Below are positions 51,216-62,119 of a stretch of DNA of 64,000 nt, piece after piece. The notes under the pieces are model-generated. The model ran no database searches and was not told the DNA's origin. It saw nothing but the letters and a program-made list of their open reading frames with translations. The position numbers and the translations under genes were made by a program. This DNA is from an uncultured Planctomycetaceae bacterium (GTDB lineage: Bacteria; Planctomycetota; Planctomycetia; Isosphaerales; Isosphaeraceae). Numbering within the stretch: the first letter of the stretch is position 1; the number at the start of each line of letters is the position of its first letter. Where the stretch lies: positions 3,392,001-3,456,000 of the forward strand of contig CAWIAD010000001.1 in NCBI GenBank assembly GCA_963833985.1, written 5' to 3'.

Positions 51216-52349
51216 TCAGCGCAATCCGGCTTGCACCAGCAACGGGTAGGTCACGTTCTTGAATTCCCGCATCCCTTCCTCGTAGCGCGGCCAGGACAGC
51301 AGGACGCCGTCGAGGCCCATGTCGGAAAGCTTCTTGAGGCCGTCGATTACCTGCTCCTTGGTTCCGACCAGCGGATACCCGCCCCAGCCGGCGATGAAGA
51401 ACTGCTTGAGATGCTCCATGGCCTCGGGCGGAAAGGTCTTGGCGTTGATGCCCATGGTCGACAGAGCGAAGGATACGGCTTCCCAGTCGCCCTTCTCGTT
51501 GATGATGTAGTCCTGAAAACGGCGCGCCTCGCCTTCGGTTTCGGCTTGGATGATGTTCGCCGACGACCAGACGGCAATCTCGCGCCCATATTCCTCGCGC
51601 GCGAGTTTGCGGTAGCCTTCGATCTGCGCCTTGTTCTTTTCGAAATCCGGTGAGCCAAGCGCCGTGAAAGCGATGTCGCAATATTTGCAGGCGAAGTGGC
51701 GGCCGCGCTCCGAGCCGCCGGCATTTATGATAGGCGGATAGGGCCGCTGAATCGGCTTCGGCTGCAGATAGCCTTTCTCGATCTTGTAATACTTGCCCTC
51801 GTGATCGAATTCGTCGTCTTCGGTCCACAGCCGTTTGATGACGGAAAGCCATTCCTCAGCCATGTCATAACGCTCTTCGTGCGGCAGAATTTCTGCGCCG
51901 AACATATCGATCTCCGGCTTGTTCCAGCCGGTCACGATGTTGAGAATGAAGCGGCCGCCGGAAATATGATCGATGACGGTGCCTTGTTTCGCCGCGACGA
52001 TCGGATGGTTCATCGAGCAATGCGAGGTCGCGACAACGCCGGCATTATGGGTCGATGCGGCGATGCCGGCGGCCCAGCTATAGGTTTCGAAGCCCGGGCC
52101 TTGCGGATTGAGCTTGCCGCCGAAGCCGCGCCACCTCGCGACCGGCAGCAGCGCCTCAAACTCCATCTCGTCGGAAAGCTTGGCCAGCGCCAATGTATTC
52201 GGCCAACTGATTTTCAGCCGGCCTTCGATGTCGGCCATCAGGCAGCCGTAGTCGAGGTTGGTCTGAAAAGTTCCGAGCTTGAGCTTGCGGTTGTTGAATA
52301 CGGGATTGATGGATCGCCGGTCCTCACGCATTTCTTGCGTATAGCTCAC
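51216..52349 (-). CDS. LLM-class flavin-dependent monooxygenase (RutA/SsuD-like clade)
   Basis: LLPVARWRGFGG, HPIVAAKQ..IDHISGGRF.LNIVTGW, PPIINAGGSERG; GTG start after GGGAGG. Confidence 0.88.
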   Translation of the reverse strand: MSYTQEMREDRRSINPVFNNRKLKLGTFQTNLDYGCLMADIEGRLKISWPNTLALAKLSDEMEFEALLPVARWRGFGGKLNPQGPGFETYSWAAGIAASTHNAGVVATSHCSMNHPIVAAKQGTVIDHISGGRFILNIVTGWNKPEIDMFGAEILPHEERYDMAEEWLSVIKRLWTEDDEFDHEGKYYKIEKGYLQPKPIQRPYPPIINAGGSERGRHFACKYCDIAFTALGSPDFEKNKAQIEGYRKLAREEYGREIAVWSSANIIQAETEGEARRFQDYIINEKGDWEAVSFALSTMGINAKTFPPEAMEHLKQFFIAGWGGYPLVGTKEQVIDGLKKLSDMGLDGVLLSWPRYEEGMREFKNVTYPLLVQAGLR

Positions 52350-52548
52350 CGAAACCTCCCTTAGTACGGTGTGTGAGTTCCGCCGTCCGGAGCCGACGTC
52401 ATCCCGGATTTGGGCGAAATCAAAAAGCTTGAACCCGATCCAAGTCAAGGTCACTGATAGCGCTCGTGCACTCTGACGGTAGGAATCGGGCGTTGTGGCC
52501 GACGAAACAAGCGCCCGAATCTGCCGAACGGCCCAACGGAGAAGTCAG

Positions 52549-53541
52549 ATGATGCCGTTCTACTTCAACAGCGCGGATGCGAAAGATGCGCGGCGCGCAT
52601 GGTGCGACTTCATCGACGATAAATTCGGACTGAGCTCTGTGAGCTTCGGCAACGAGGCAACTTTCGCCGGGGAGATAAAGTGCTCGTCGCTTGGGTACCT
52701 GACACTCACGGAAATCCGCGCCACCCGCGAATATGGTGAGCGGACTAAGAAGCAGGTTTCCAAGGCTCAGAACGAAAGATTCGTGCTGGTTCTGTTGCGG
52801 GCCGGAAGCCTCAAAGTAACGCAAGCCGGTCGCGCGTGTGTTCTCGGACCGAACATGTTCACCCTGTTCGATTGTAACGCTCCATACACTTTCCAGCATG
52901 TCGAGCCGACCAACGTACTGGATGTGAGCATGCCGGCTGGTGTCGTGCGCTCGCGGCTTAAGCGGGCCGACGATCTCGTGGCAACGCCGCTTAGCGCGGA
53001 CGCTGGCCTTGGCCGGGTGATGGCTGACGTCGTTCAGTCGCTGGCGCGGGAGGCGCCACACATTGCGGAAAGCGCAGCCGACGGCTGCGCCGGCAGTGTT
53101 GCAGACATGTTTGGCGTCCTGTTTGATAGCGCCTGCGACGCGTGTCTGCCGATCGGCAACTCCGCCGTACGGTCGGCGATCTACCGCCGTTGTGTTGCAT
53201 TCATCGAGGACAACCTCGATGACCCGCAGCTTGGTCCTGCGAGAATTTCCGCGGCCGTCGGGATTTCGGTACGCTACCTGCACAAGATATTTCACGCAGC
53301 GGGCGAATCCGTTGGGGACTACGTGCGCAGGCGGCGGCTGGCGCGGTCATGCGAGGATTTGATCGATGTCCGAAAGCAGCATTTGAGAATCAAAGAGATC
53401 GCCTTCCGCTACGGCTTTCGAAATCCGGCGCACTTTAGCGACGCGTTCAAGATCCAGCACGGCGTATCGCCGCGCGACATGCGTCCAGCGAGCGGCCCGA
53501 ATGGTCGAGCGTCGCCGGGTCGCCGAATGCTGCCGCCGTAG
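52549..53541 (+). CDS. AraC family transcriptional regulator (FeaR-like)
   Basis: FIEDNLDDPQL, ISVRYLHKIF, IKEIAFRYGFRNPAHFSDAFK. Confidence 0.9.
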   Translation: MMPFYFNSADAKDARRAWCDFIDDKFGLSSVSFGNEATFAGEIKCSSLGYLTLTEIRATREYGERTKKQVSKAQNERFVLVLLRAGSLKVTQAGRACVLGPNMFTLFDCNAPYTFQHVEPTNVLDVSMPAGVVRSRLKRADDLVATPLSADAGLGRVMADVVQSLAREAPHIAESAADGCAGSVADMFGVLFDSACDACLPIGNSAVRSAIYRRCVAFIEDNLDDPQLGPARISAAVGISVRYLHKIFHAAGESVGDYVRRRRLARSCEDLIDVRKQHLRIKEIAFRYGFRNPAHFSDAFKIQHGVSPRDMRPASGPNGRASPGRRMLPP

Positions 53542-53613
53542 CACGCCCCGCTTCCGAACGGTCGCGACTGGCTCCGCTAGTGAACGAAGCCGGAGGTCGG
53601 GAATATTGGCTTT

Positions 53614-53626
53614 TTGTGCACTGCAC
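53614..53626. promoter_or_regulatory. PhaR-like operator upstream of mcd
   Basis: TTGTGCACTGCAC (reverse complement contains TGCAGTGCACAA). Confidence 0.5.
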
Positions 53627-53680
53627 GCGTAAGCTTGGTTACCGCCGGGACCGTCCAGACGAGCTCATCGGAGCCCTGTT

Positions 53681-55362
53681 ATGTCGCTTGCCGCCTCCAC
53701 CATGTCCGCCGAGAAGGAACTGATCGGGACGTTGAGCCAGGCGGTTGACGCCGTCGATGCCTTGTTCGCCGACGCACGCCGAGTGGTCGCGGAGCGTGTG
53801 GTGCGCGACGGCCGCGCGGTTGCGCGCGCGCTCGATCGCGAGCAGCGCGCCACCCACGGCCTGGCCTGGTTTGCAACCTACGTGGAGGCGCTACGTCAGC
53901 TTACGGCCTACGTGCAGCGGCTTTCGGCGATCGGGAATTTCGGCGAAGTCGAAGAGCTTCTGGTCCGCATCGGCGCCGGAGAATATCTGGCCCAGATCGT
54001 CGGCGGCATTCCGATGAGCCAGGGCGAGATCGTGCGTCTCGCCGATTTGGGGCTTGGCCCGGCGGCGGTGGCGGCACGGATCAATCCCGCCGTCGAGCAT
54101 TTGATTGCCTACGGCAACACCGCGCAGCGCCGGGCGCGGCTCGCCGAGCTGATGCGGGAACGGCAGGAGCCGACCATCGGCGCTACCGGGCTTGAGGAAA
54201 CGCTCGAACTCGATCCGCGAGGAAATGCGCAAGTTCGCCGACGGCCAGGTCGTGCCATATGCCCAGGAATGGCATCTGCGTAACGAGTACATCCCGCTCG
54301 ATATCATCACGCAGATGTCCGAGCTTGGCGTGTTCAGCCTCACCATCCCCGAGGATTATGGCGGCATGGGCCTCGGCAAGGAATCGATGTGCGTGGTGTC
54401 CGAGGAACTCTCCCGCGGCTATATCGGGGTCGGCAGCCTCGGCACCCGCTCCGAAATCGCCGCCGAACTCATCCTTGGCAGCGGCACCGAAGAGCAAAAA
54501 CGCAAATGGCTGCCGAAAATAGCGTCCGGCGAGGTGCTGCCGACGGCGGTGTTCACCGAGCCGAATACCGGCTCCGATCTCGCTTCGCTCAAGACCCGGG
54601 CGGTGCGCGAGGGTAACGCCTACAAGGTCTACGGCAACAAGACCTGGATCACCCATCCGGTGCGCGCCGATGTGATGACGCTGTTGGTGCGCACCAATCC
54701 GGCCGAGAAAGGCTATCGCGGCCTCTCCATGCTGCTGGCGGAAAAGCCGCGCGGCAGCGACGAGCGAGCCGTTCCCGGCCGCCGGCATGTCGGGCACCGA
54801 GATCGAGGTGCTCGGCTATCGCGGCATGAAGGAATACGAGATCGCCTTCGACGGCTTCTTCGGTGAAGGCCGAAAATCTCCTCGGCGGCGTCGAGGGGCT
54901 CGGCTTCAAGCAGCTCATGGCGACGTTCGAAGTCAGCCCGCATCCAGACCGCCGCGCGCGCCGTCGGCGTCGCACAGTCGGCGATGGAGCAGGCGATGAG
55001 CTACGCGCACGACCCGGGTGCAGTTCGGCGAGCCGATCGCCAATTTCCCGCGCGTCGCCGACAAGCTCGCGATGATGGCGGTCGAAATCATGATCGCGCG
55101 CCAGCTCACCTATTACGCCGCCCGGCAGAAGGATTCCGGCCGCCGCTGCGATCTCGAAGCCGGCATGGCAAAGCTTCTGGCGGCGCGCGTCGCCTGGGCC
55201 GCCGCCGACAATGCCGTGCAGATCCACGGCGGCAACGGCTTTGCGCTCGAATTCCCGATGTCGCGGATTCTTTGCGATGCGCGCATCCTCAACATTTTCG
55301 AGGGCGCTGCCGAAATCCAGGCGCACGTGATCGCGCGGCGATTGCTGGACGGATCGAACTGA
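53681..55362 (+). CDS. mcd: (2S)-methylsuccinyl-CoA dehydrogenase (long acyl-CoA dehydrogenase); several frameshifts
   Basis: N-extension [74 protein letters not shown]; near ecm, ccrA and etf. Confidence 0.85.
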
Positions 55363-55375
55363 GCAGGCAGGTCGG

Positions 55376-55418
55376 CGTCATTCCGAGCTGCGCGCTTTGA
55401 GCGCGCCTCAGGGTGACG
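55376..55418. repeat. Degenerate REP-like palindrome
   Basis: CGTCATTCCGAG..GCGCGC-TTTGA-GCGCGC..CTCAGGGTGACG. Confidence 0.5.
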
Positions 55419-55462
55419 GAACGTATGGTTGAACCCGATCGCGATGCGCTCTAAGTAGCCTC

Positions 55463-55658
55463 ATGGCTAATTTCCTGTCCCACGGACTTGTTCCGATCGC
55501 CATCGGCGCCGTCGCGGTGGTTTTGCTGCTCGGCCTCGTCAACATGATGCGAGGGGGTTCGGGCAACACCTCGCAGAAGCTGATGCGGTTGCGGGTTCTG
55601 CTTCAATTCGTCGCCATCGTGTATCATCATGATCACGATCTGGGCGATGGCCAAATGA
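55463..55658 (+). CDS. Twin transmembrane helix small protein (HIG1-like); frameshift near 55621
   Basis: VLLLGLVNMMRGG..SQKLMRLRVLLQFVA. Confidence 0.85.
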
Positions 55659-55707
55659 CTCTGGGCAAATAGACTTTTGGCAAACTTGGATAGCGGCGAA
55701 GCCGACG

Positions 55708-56286
55708 ATGGTCGTCCTCAACAAGATCTACACCCGCACCGGCGACGACGGCACGACGGCTTTGGGCACCGGCGAGCGGCGCAAGAAATACGATCTGCGG
55801 ATCGCGGCCTACGGCACGCTTGACGAGACCAACGCCACGATCGGGATCGCGCGGCTGCATACCGCCGGCGAGGCCGCGCTTGATCCCGCGCTGGTCCGCA
55901 TCCAGAACGATCTGTTCGATGTCGGGGCCGACCTGTGCACGCCCGGCAAGGGCAAAGGGCCGGGCGGCGCGCGGCTCACCGTCACCGCCGCGCAGGTGAC
56001 GTGGCTGGAAAGCGAAATCGACCGGCTTAACGGCGAGCTTGAGCCGCTGCGATCTTTCGTCCTGCCGGGTGGCTTCGCGGCGGCGGCCTATCTGCATCTT
56101 GCCCGCACCATATGCCGGCGCGCCGAGCGGTTGATCGCCGAGCTTATGGACAAAGCGGACGAGAGCGTCACGCCCGAAGTGCTTCAATACGTCAATCGGC
56201 TGTCCGATTATTTGTTCGTCGCCGCCCGTTATGCCAACGACAAGGGCACGCGCGACGTGCTTTGGCAGCCAGGGCAGCACCGCTAG
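55708..56286 (+). CDS. PduO-type cob(I)alamin adenosyltransferase
   Basis: KIYTRTGDDGTT, AYGTLDE, IQNDLFDVGA, FVLPGG, RTICRRAER, YVNRLSD. Confidence 0.93.
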   Translation: MVVLNKIYTRTGDDGTTALGTGERRKKYDLRIAAYGTLDETNATIGIARLHTAGEAALDPALVRIQNDLFDVGADLCTPGKGKGPGGARLTVTAAQVTWLESEIDRLNGELEPLRSFVLPGGFAAAAYLHLARTICRRAERLIAELMDKADESVTPEVLQYVNRLSDYLFVAARYANDKGTRDVLWQPGQHR

Positions 56287-56497
56287 GGCGCGACCGCGAT
56301 TTCGGGAGAGCTGCTGGGCCGCTCCACCATGCCGGTATCCGCCAAAGAAAACCGGCCATGGCGTATTCCAGGCAAGCCAGCCTGCACCGGCTGGTCCGCC
56401 TGCGCGGTTGAGGGCTGGCTTTCCAGTTCGCTTTAACATCCGCGGCCGGTCTGCCGACGGGCGGCTCCTTTGAGCGGTTCGGCGCCCGCCCGTGGCG

Positions 56498-56526
56498 TTG
56501 ACCGCAAGCGCGCCCGCCGGTACGTT
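56498..56526 (+). promoter_or_regulatory. Putative sigma70 promoter of etfBA
   Basis: TTGACC-N17-TACGTT. Confidence 0.45.
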
Positions 56527-56600
56527 CCCGCACCGCAGCATCGCCGCCCTCCAAGCGCGGCGGAACCTGCGCGCAAAGACCGGGACAGTCGAAGCAGGCC

Positions 56601-57350
56601 ATGAAGATTCTCGTGCCCGTCAAACGGGCGGTCGATAAGGATGTGAAAATCCGGGTCAAGTCTGACGGCTCCGGCGTCGAGCTTTCCAACGTCAAAATGT
56701 CGATGAATCCCTTCGACGAGATCGCCGTCGAAGAGGCGCTCCGGCTTAAGGAAGCGGGCAAGGCGACGGAGATCGTCGCCGTCTCGATCGGACCCGCGCA
56801 GGCGGCCGAAACGATCCGTACCGCCCTGGCCATGGGCGCCGACCGCGGCATTCTGGTGAAGACCGAAGGCAATGCGGAGCCGCTCGCGGTAGCAAAGATC
56901 CTCAAGGCCGTCGTCGCTGCGGAACAGCCCGGTCTCGTCATCATGGGCAAACAGGCGATCGACGACGACTCCAATCAGACCGGCCAGATGCTGGCGGCGC
57001 TGCTTGGCTGGCCGCAGGGCACGTTCGCCTCCAAGGTGACGATCGACGGCGAAGCGCTCATGGTCACCCGCGAAGTCGACGGCGGCCTGCAGACGGTGAA
57101 GCTCAAGATGCCGGCGATCGTCACCACCGATCTGCGATTGAACGAGCCGCGCTACGCGTCGTTGCCCAACATCATGAAGGCGAAGAAAAAGCCGATCGAC
57201 GAAAAGACCGCCGCCGATTACGGCGTCGACACCAAGCCGCATCTTGAAATCGTCAAGACCACCGAACCGCCGGTGCGCAAGGCCGGCGTCAAGGTCAAGA
57301 CCGTCGCCGAGCTCGTCGACAAGCTCAAGAACGAAGCGGGGGCGATCTGA
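56601..57350 (+). CDS. etfB: Electron transfer flavoprotein beta subunit
   Basis: [36 protein letters not shown]. Confidence 0.96.
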   Translation: MKILVPVKRAVDKDVKIRVKSDGSGVELSNVKMSMNPFDEIAVEEALRLKEAGKATEIVAVSIGPAQAAETIRTALAMGADRGILVKTEGNAEPLAVAKILKAVVAAEQPGLVIMGKQAIDDDSNQTGQMLAALLGWPQGTFASKVTIDGEALMVTREVDGGLQTVKLKMPAIVTTDLRLNEPRYASLPNIMKAKKKPIDEKTAADYGVDTKPHLEIVKTTEPPVRKAGVKVKTVAELVDKLKNEAGAI

Positions 57351-58295
57351 TGCCGACCCTTCTCGTCGCCGAGCACGACAACAAATCGCTGAAGGACTTC
57401 GACCAGCAAGGCGCTGACCGCGGCCAAGGCGATCGGCGCCGATGTCCACATCCTCGTCGCCGGCCACAACTGCAAGGCCGCCGCCGACGCCGCGGCCAAA
57501 CTCGACGGCGTCAAGAAGGTGCTGCTGGCCGACGCGCCCGCCTACGAGCACATGCTGGCCGAGCCCACCGCCGCGCTGATCGTCTCGCTGGCGGGCCCCT
57601 ACGAGACGATCATGGCGCCGGCGACGACAAGCGGAAAGAACATCATGCCGCGCGTCGCAGCTTTGCTCGACGTGATGCAGATTTCCGAGATCAGCAAGGT
57701 CGTGGCGCCGGATACCTTCGAACGGCCGGTCTATGCCGGAAACGCCATCCAGACGGTGCGCTCGCTCGACCCGAAAAAGGTCATCACGGTGCGCACCGCG
57801 GCGTTCCAGGCAACGGGCGAGGGCGGTTCCGCACCGGTCGAACCGGCCGCCGCGGCGGCCGACCCCGGCATTTCCGGTTTCGTCGGCGAAGAATTATCGA
57901 AGTCGGAGCGTCCGGAACTGACCTCGGCAAAGATCATTATTTCCGGAGGCCGGGCGATGCAAAGCCGGGACAACTTCACCAAATATATAGAGCCGGTCGC
58001 CGACAAGCTCGGCGCGGCGATAGGCGCATCGCGTGCCGCGGTAGACGCCGGCTATGCGCCAAACGACTGGCAAGTCGGCCAGACCGGCAAGGTTGTGGCG
58101 CCGGATCTCTATATCGCCGTCGGTATTTCAGGTGCTATTCAGCACCTCGCCGGCATGAAGGACTCGAAAGTGATCGTTGCTATCAACAAGGATGAGGAAG
58201 CCCCGATCTTTCAGGTCGCCGACTATGGGTTGGTGGCGGACCTCTATCAGGCCCTGCCGGAGCTGGCCCAGGAGCTCGGAAAGCACGGTCGTTGA
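57350..58295 (+). CDS. etfA: Electron transfer flavoprotein alpha subunit; frameshift near 57400
   Basis: RPVYAGN, GASRAAVDAG, QVGQTGK, GISGAIQH, AINKD. Confidence 0.94.
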
Positions 58296-58332
58296 TCAGG
58301 GGCCGCAGCGCCCTCGAAGAAGGTAAGCGAAG

Positions 58333-59265
58333 ATGGTCGAAGTGAAGGACCGGCCGAAGACGCGCGGCGATCATGGCGGCGGCAAGGGTCACGCCATCCG
58401 CAGTGTCGGCGTGATCGGCGCCGGACAGATGGGCAACGGCATCGCGCATGTCTGCGCGCTCTCGGGTCTTCAAGTCCTGCTTAACGACGTCGTCGCCGAG
58501 CGCATTTCCGAGGGCATCGCCGTCATCAGCGGCAATCTGGCGCGCCAGGTCAGCCGCCAGCGTATCACTGAAGAAGAGCGCGAGGCGGCCATCAAGCGCA
58601 TCACTCCGGCGAAAGCGCTCGCCGACCTCGCCAACTGCGACATGGTGATCGAGGCGGCGACCGAAAAGGAAGAGGTCAAGCGCAAGATCTTTACCGCGCT
58701 GTGTCCGTCGCTCAAGCCCGAGACCATCGTCGGCACCAACACCTCTTCGATCTCGATCACGCGGCTCGCCGCCGCCACCGACCGCCCGGAGCGTTTCATC
58801 GGCATTCATTTCATGAATCCGGTGCCGCTGATGGAGCTGGTCGAAATCATCCGCGGTATCGCCACCGACGACGAGACCTTCGAGACGACCAAGCAGTTCA
58901 TCAGCAATCTCGGCAAGCAAATCGCGGTGTCGGAGGATTTCCCTGCCTTCATCGTCAACCGCATCCTGCTGCCGATGATCAACGAAGCGATCTACACGCT
59001 CTACGAAGGCGTCGGCAATGTCGAGGCGATCGACACGGCGATGCGCCTTGGCGCGCATCATCCGATGGGGCCGCTGGAACTTGCCGATTTCATCGGGCTC
59101 GATACCTGCCTGTCGGTGATGCAGGTGCTGCACGAGGGGTTAGCGGATTCGAAATACCGGCCGTGCCCGCTGCTGGTGAAATACGTCGAAGCCGGCTGGC
59201 TCGGCCGCAAGACCCAGCGCGGTTTTTACGATTATCGGGGCGAGAAGCCCGTTCCGACGCGATAA
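58333..59265 (+). CDS. hbd: 3-hydroxybutyryl-CoA dehydrogenase
   Basis: GAGQMGNG, EAATE, NTSSIS, HFMNPVP, PMGPLELAD, LGRKT. Confidence 0.93.
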   Translation: MVEVKDRPKTRGDHGGGKGHAIRSVGVIGAGQMGNGIAHVCALSGLQVLLNDVVAERISEGIAVISGNLARQVSRQRITEEEREAAIKRITPAKALADLANCDMVIEAATEKEEVKRKIFTALCPSLKPETIVGTNTSSISITRLAAATDRPERFIGIHFMNPVPLMELVEIIRGIATDDETFETTKQFISNLGKQIAVSEDFPAFIVNRILLPMINEAIYTLYEGVGNVEAIDTAMRLGAHHPMGPLELADFIGLDTCLSVMQVLHEGLADSKYRPCPLLVKYVEAGWLGRKTQRGFYDYRGEKPVPTR

Positions 59266-59320
59266 ATTGCTCGCGTTTGGACCGGGCCATAGCGCGGCCC
59301 GTCCACGACTTCCACAACAA

Positions 59321-59387
59321 TGGATGCCCGGCACGTAGCGAACGAAGCGTCGCTGCGCTGCTATCCGCCACGGCCGGGCATAACGAC
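59321..59387. repeat. Degenerate REP-like palindrome between convergent genes
   Basis: GGATGCCCGGC...GCCGGGCATAACGAC inverted arms. Confidence 0.55.
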
Positions 59388-59395
59388 GTCGCGGT

Positions 59396-59788
59396 TTATT
59401 GGATCAGTCCCCAGAACAGACCGACGATGCAGACGAAGCCGAGCACGAAGATCAGCGTGCGAATGTAGGGAATGCCGGCCAGGAACACGACCGCGTGCGC
59501 CACGCGCAGCCAGAAGTAGCTCATGGCCCAGAAGGCCGTCATGGGCGTGGTCTTGCCGGTCAGCTGAATCAGGATCACCAAAGCCGCGAAAGGCGCGAAT
59601 GTCTCGACGGCGTTGAGATAGGTCCGGTGAGCGCGCTTGCCCCAGTTCGGCACCGGCCGCGGCGTCGGATCGGTATAATTCTCCGGCGTCAAAAATCCGT
59701 TGGTCATGACTTGCGACACGATGTACGGGATCCACAGCGCCGCCGTGAGCATGGCCGTAAGAGCCAGATATTTTAGTTCGGGCGACAT
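59396..59788 (-). CDS. MAPEG family membrane protein
   Basis: RAHRTYLNAVETFAPFA, LRVAHA, IPYIRT; four TM helices. Confidence 0.85.
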   Translation of the reverse strand: MSPELKYLALTAMLTAALWIPYIVSQVMTNGFLTPENYTDPTPRPVPNWGKRAHRTYLNAVETFAPFAALVILIQLTGKTTPMTAFWAMSYFWLRVAHAVVFLAGIPYIRTLIFVLGFVCIVGLFWGLIQ

Positions 59789-59902
59789 TGAGTTTTTTCC
59801 TTCCCTTGACTTGTTTAAAGTTTCCTCAGCGCATCAATTGTAATGGAAGACGCAACTTCCGCGATCACCTTTTCGAGCCGACGAAATCCGCCACGGCGTC
59901 GC

Positions 59903-60690
59903 TCAATCGCAGCACGACGCCGAAGGCTTTGTTTGCTGTGAAGATTTTGGCTCCTGATAAGCGGCCTTTGGGTCGACGGTTGCGCCCTCATACTTGTCGT
60001 GGTGGCGCACCCACGCCATGCCGTATTTCAGTCCGTCTTCGTCGCGGCCCTTCGGCGCAAGGTCGAGGAAATTGTACGCGCCAATGAGGATGTCGAGACC
60101 GCGTCCGTAGCTCGAATAGGTGTGGAACACCTCACCGGCGGAGTCTTTGAAGAACACGCTGGCGCCCGGCCGCTCGTCGCTGGGGAAATGAGTTTCTGCA
60201 TAGTTATAGATCGTGACTGCCGGTCGCCTTTCTCTTCCGGCGACGCCGATACCTGATAGTCGAAATTGAAATCGTTGCCGAATGACGACACCCACTTGAA
60301 GTGCCAGCCCATGCGGCGTTTGAACTTCTCGATCCGTTGCAGCGGGGCGCGCGAAACCACCACGAAGGCGACGTCGCGTTGGGCGAGATGGACGACCGCG
60401 CCGTCGAAATGATCGGCCAGCAGCGAACAACTCGGGCAGCCCTCTTCCCAGTCGGGACCGAGCATGAAGTGGTAGACGATCAGCTGGCTTTTGCCGCCGA
60501 ACAGGTCGGCCAGGGTCTGCTTGCCGTCGGGACCGTCGAACACATAATTTTTCTCGACCTTCTCCCACGGCAGTTCGCGCCGTTTGCGGCTCAGGGCGTC
60601 GCGGGCGCGGGTGAACGCCTTTTCGTCGGCAAGGTGCGCCTTGCGCGCCGCGAGCCATTCGTCATGGGAAACGACCTTATGCGGTTCCAT
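59903..60690 (-). CDS. DUF899 thioredoxin-like protein; frameshift near 60225
   Basis: RRELPW, QLIVYHFM, GCPSCS, VSRAP, HTYSSYGRG, WVRHHD. Confidence 0.88.
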
Positions 60691-60750
60691 GTGATGCTCC
60701 TCCGCTTCCATGTCCAGCTTCCATGCCGCCCGCGGTGGAACGCGGCTTGA

Positions 60751-61131
60751 TCACTCCGCCGGCGTCATCCAGCCGACGCCGGCGCCGCCGGGCTCTTCGA
60801 GGATGACGATCCGGCCGACGCCAGGCACGTCGAACGCCGGCTTCATGACCTTGGCGCCTGCCTTCGTCGCTTTTTTCACGCGGGCATCGACGTCGTCGAC
60901 GGCGATGTAGGGCATCCAGCTTTCGGGGACGCCCTCGTATCCCGGGCCGCTGATCTCGAAGATGCCGGCGACCGGCGTGTTGCCGGCATTGGCGAGCCAA
61001 TAGGTGCCGCCGTCCGGCATCGGCATCGATTCAAAGGTCCAGCCCATCGCTTCGCCGTAGAATTTTTTGGCGCGCGCGACGTCGCGCGTCATCAGTTCGT
61101 TCCAGTGAAATTGTCCGTGTGACCATGCCAT
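60751..61131 (-). CDS. VOC (glyoxalase/bleomycin resistance) family protein
   Basis: FHWNELMT, AKKFY..MGW, WMPYIAVDDVD, DVPGVGR. Confidence 0.9.
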   Translation of the reverse strand: MAWSHGQFHWNELMTRDVARAKKFYGEAMGWTFESMPMPDGGTYWLANAGNTPVAGIFEISGPGYEGVPESWMPYIAVDDVDARVKKATKAGAKVMKPAFDVPGVGRIVILEEPGGAGVGWMTPAE

Positions 61132-61199
61132 CGATATTGCTCCAGTGTTGGCGATTGCGAGATGCGTTGCGGATCAAGCTTCCTGCATTATCGTGTCGC

Positions 61200-61641
61200 T
61201 CATACGAACAGCTTTTCCAGCTTGTCGAATGCGCCGGCCCAGCCCTGCTGATGGCCGTCGCGCGTGGCCTCGTCGGCGAATTGCTCATGCGTCAAGGTGA
61301 GCAGCGTACCTTCCCCATCCGGTTTGAGCAGCACGGTGACCAGCGATTCGCGTTCCGGTGTCGATTGCCAAGCCCAGGTGAACACCAGTTTCTCGTTGGC
61401 GATGACCTCGCGATAAACCCCGCCGACATTGTGGGGTTCGCCGTTCGGCGAGCGCATCAGGATCAGGTAGCGGCCGCCCTCGCGCGGGTCGCTTTCGGCC
61501 CGCACGGTGACGATTTCGCCCGGTCCCATCCAGCGTTTTATCTTTTCCGGGTCGGTCCAGGCGGCGAAGACTTTGGCGCGGGGACGCCTTGAGGCGTCGC
61601 TTGAGCGTGAGACTTGGTTTGACGGCGGTTTCGACGGACAT
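61200..61641 (-). CDS. SRPBCC/AHSA1-like domain protein; frameshift near 61585
   Basis: SLTLKRRLKA, KVFAAWTDPE, GVYREV, KLVFTWAW, HQQGWAGAFDKL. Confidence 0.85.
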
Positions 61642-61976
61642 GACTCTTCCTCCTCCAAAAAATCGGCGAGGCGTGACAGCGCCTCAGACCAAAACCGCTC
61701 ATAGCGATTAAGCCAGGCGATCGCGTTTTGCATCGGTGCCGCGTTGAGACGGCAGGTGACGGTGCGGCCCGATTTGGTCCGCGTCACCAGCCCAGCATCG
61801 GACAGCACGTCGAGATGTTTCATGATCGCCGGCAATGAGACGCTAAACGGCGCCGCTAGCGCACTGACCGAAATGTTCGGCTGCTCGGCAAGCCGCGCGA
61901 GCAACGACCGCCGCGTCGGATCGGCCAAGGCGGCAAAGGTGCGATCAAGCGGGGCGTCGCTGTTATACTTAACCAT
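61590..61976 (-). CDS. ArsR/SmtB family regulator (3' end approximate; overlaps next gene)
   Basis: DRTFAALADPTRR, SLPAIMKHLDVL..AGLV, WLNRYERFW. Confidence 0.88.
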
Positions 61977-62011
61977 ATAGTTAAGTATAGGGCGGCAACG
62001 ATCGCTGTCAA
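61964..62011 (-). promoter_or_regulatory. Leaderless-type promoter with palindromic operator over the arsR start codon
   Basis: TTGACA-N16-TATACT-N7-ATG; perfect 10-6-10 inverted repeat TATACTTAAC-CATATA-GTTAAGTATA at 61964-61989. Confidence 0.75.
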
Positions 62012-62119
62012 GCGATGCTGGCTTGGCGGCATTTCGCAAGCCGGATGTCTGGCCGCGTGATGACGCCGCGGCGTCCGATCGCGATGGCGTCCGATCGCGC
62101 GGTTCGATATCCTACTATT

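Noticed and set aside
61200..62039. ArsR-SRPBCC fusion protein (279-aa ORF)
   Set aside because: The SRPBCC gene has its own RBS and start at 61641; the apparent fusion arises from an indel near 61585
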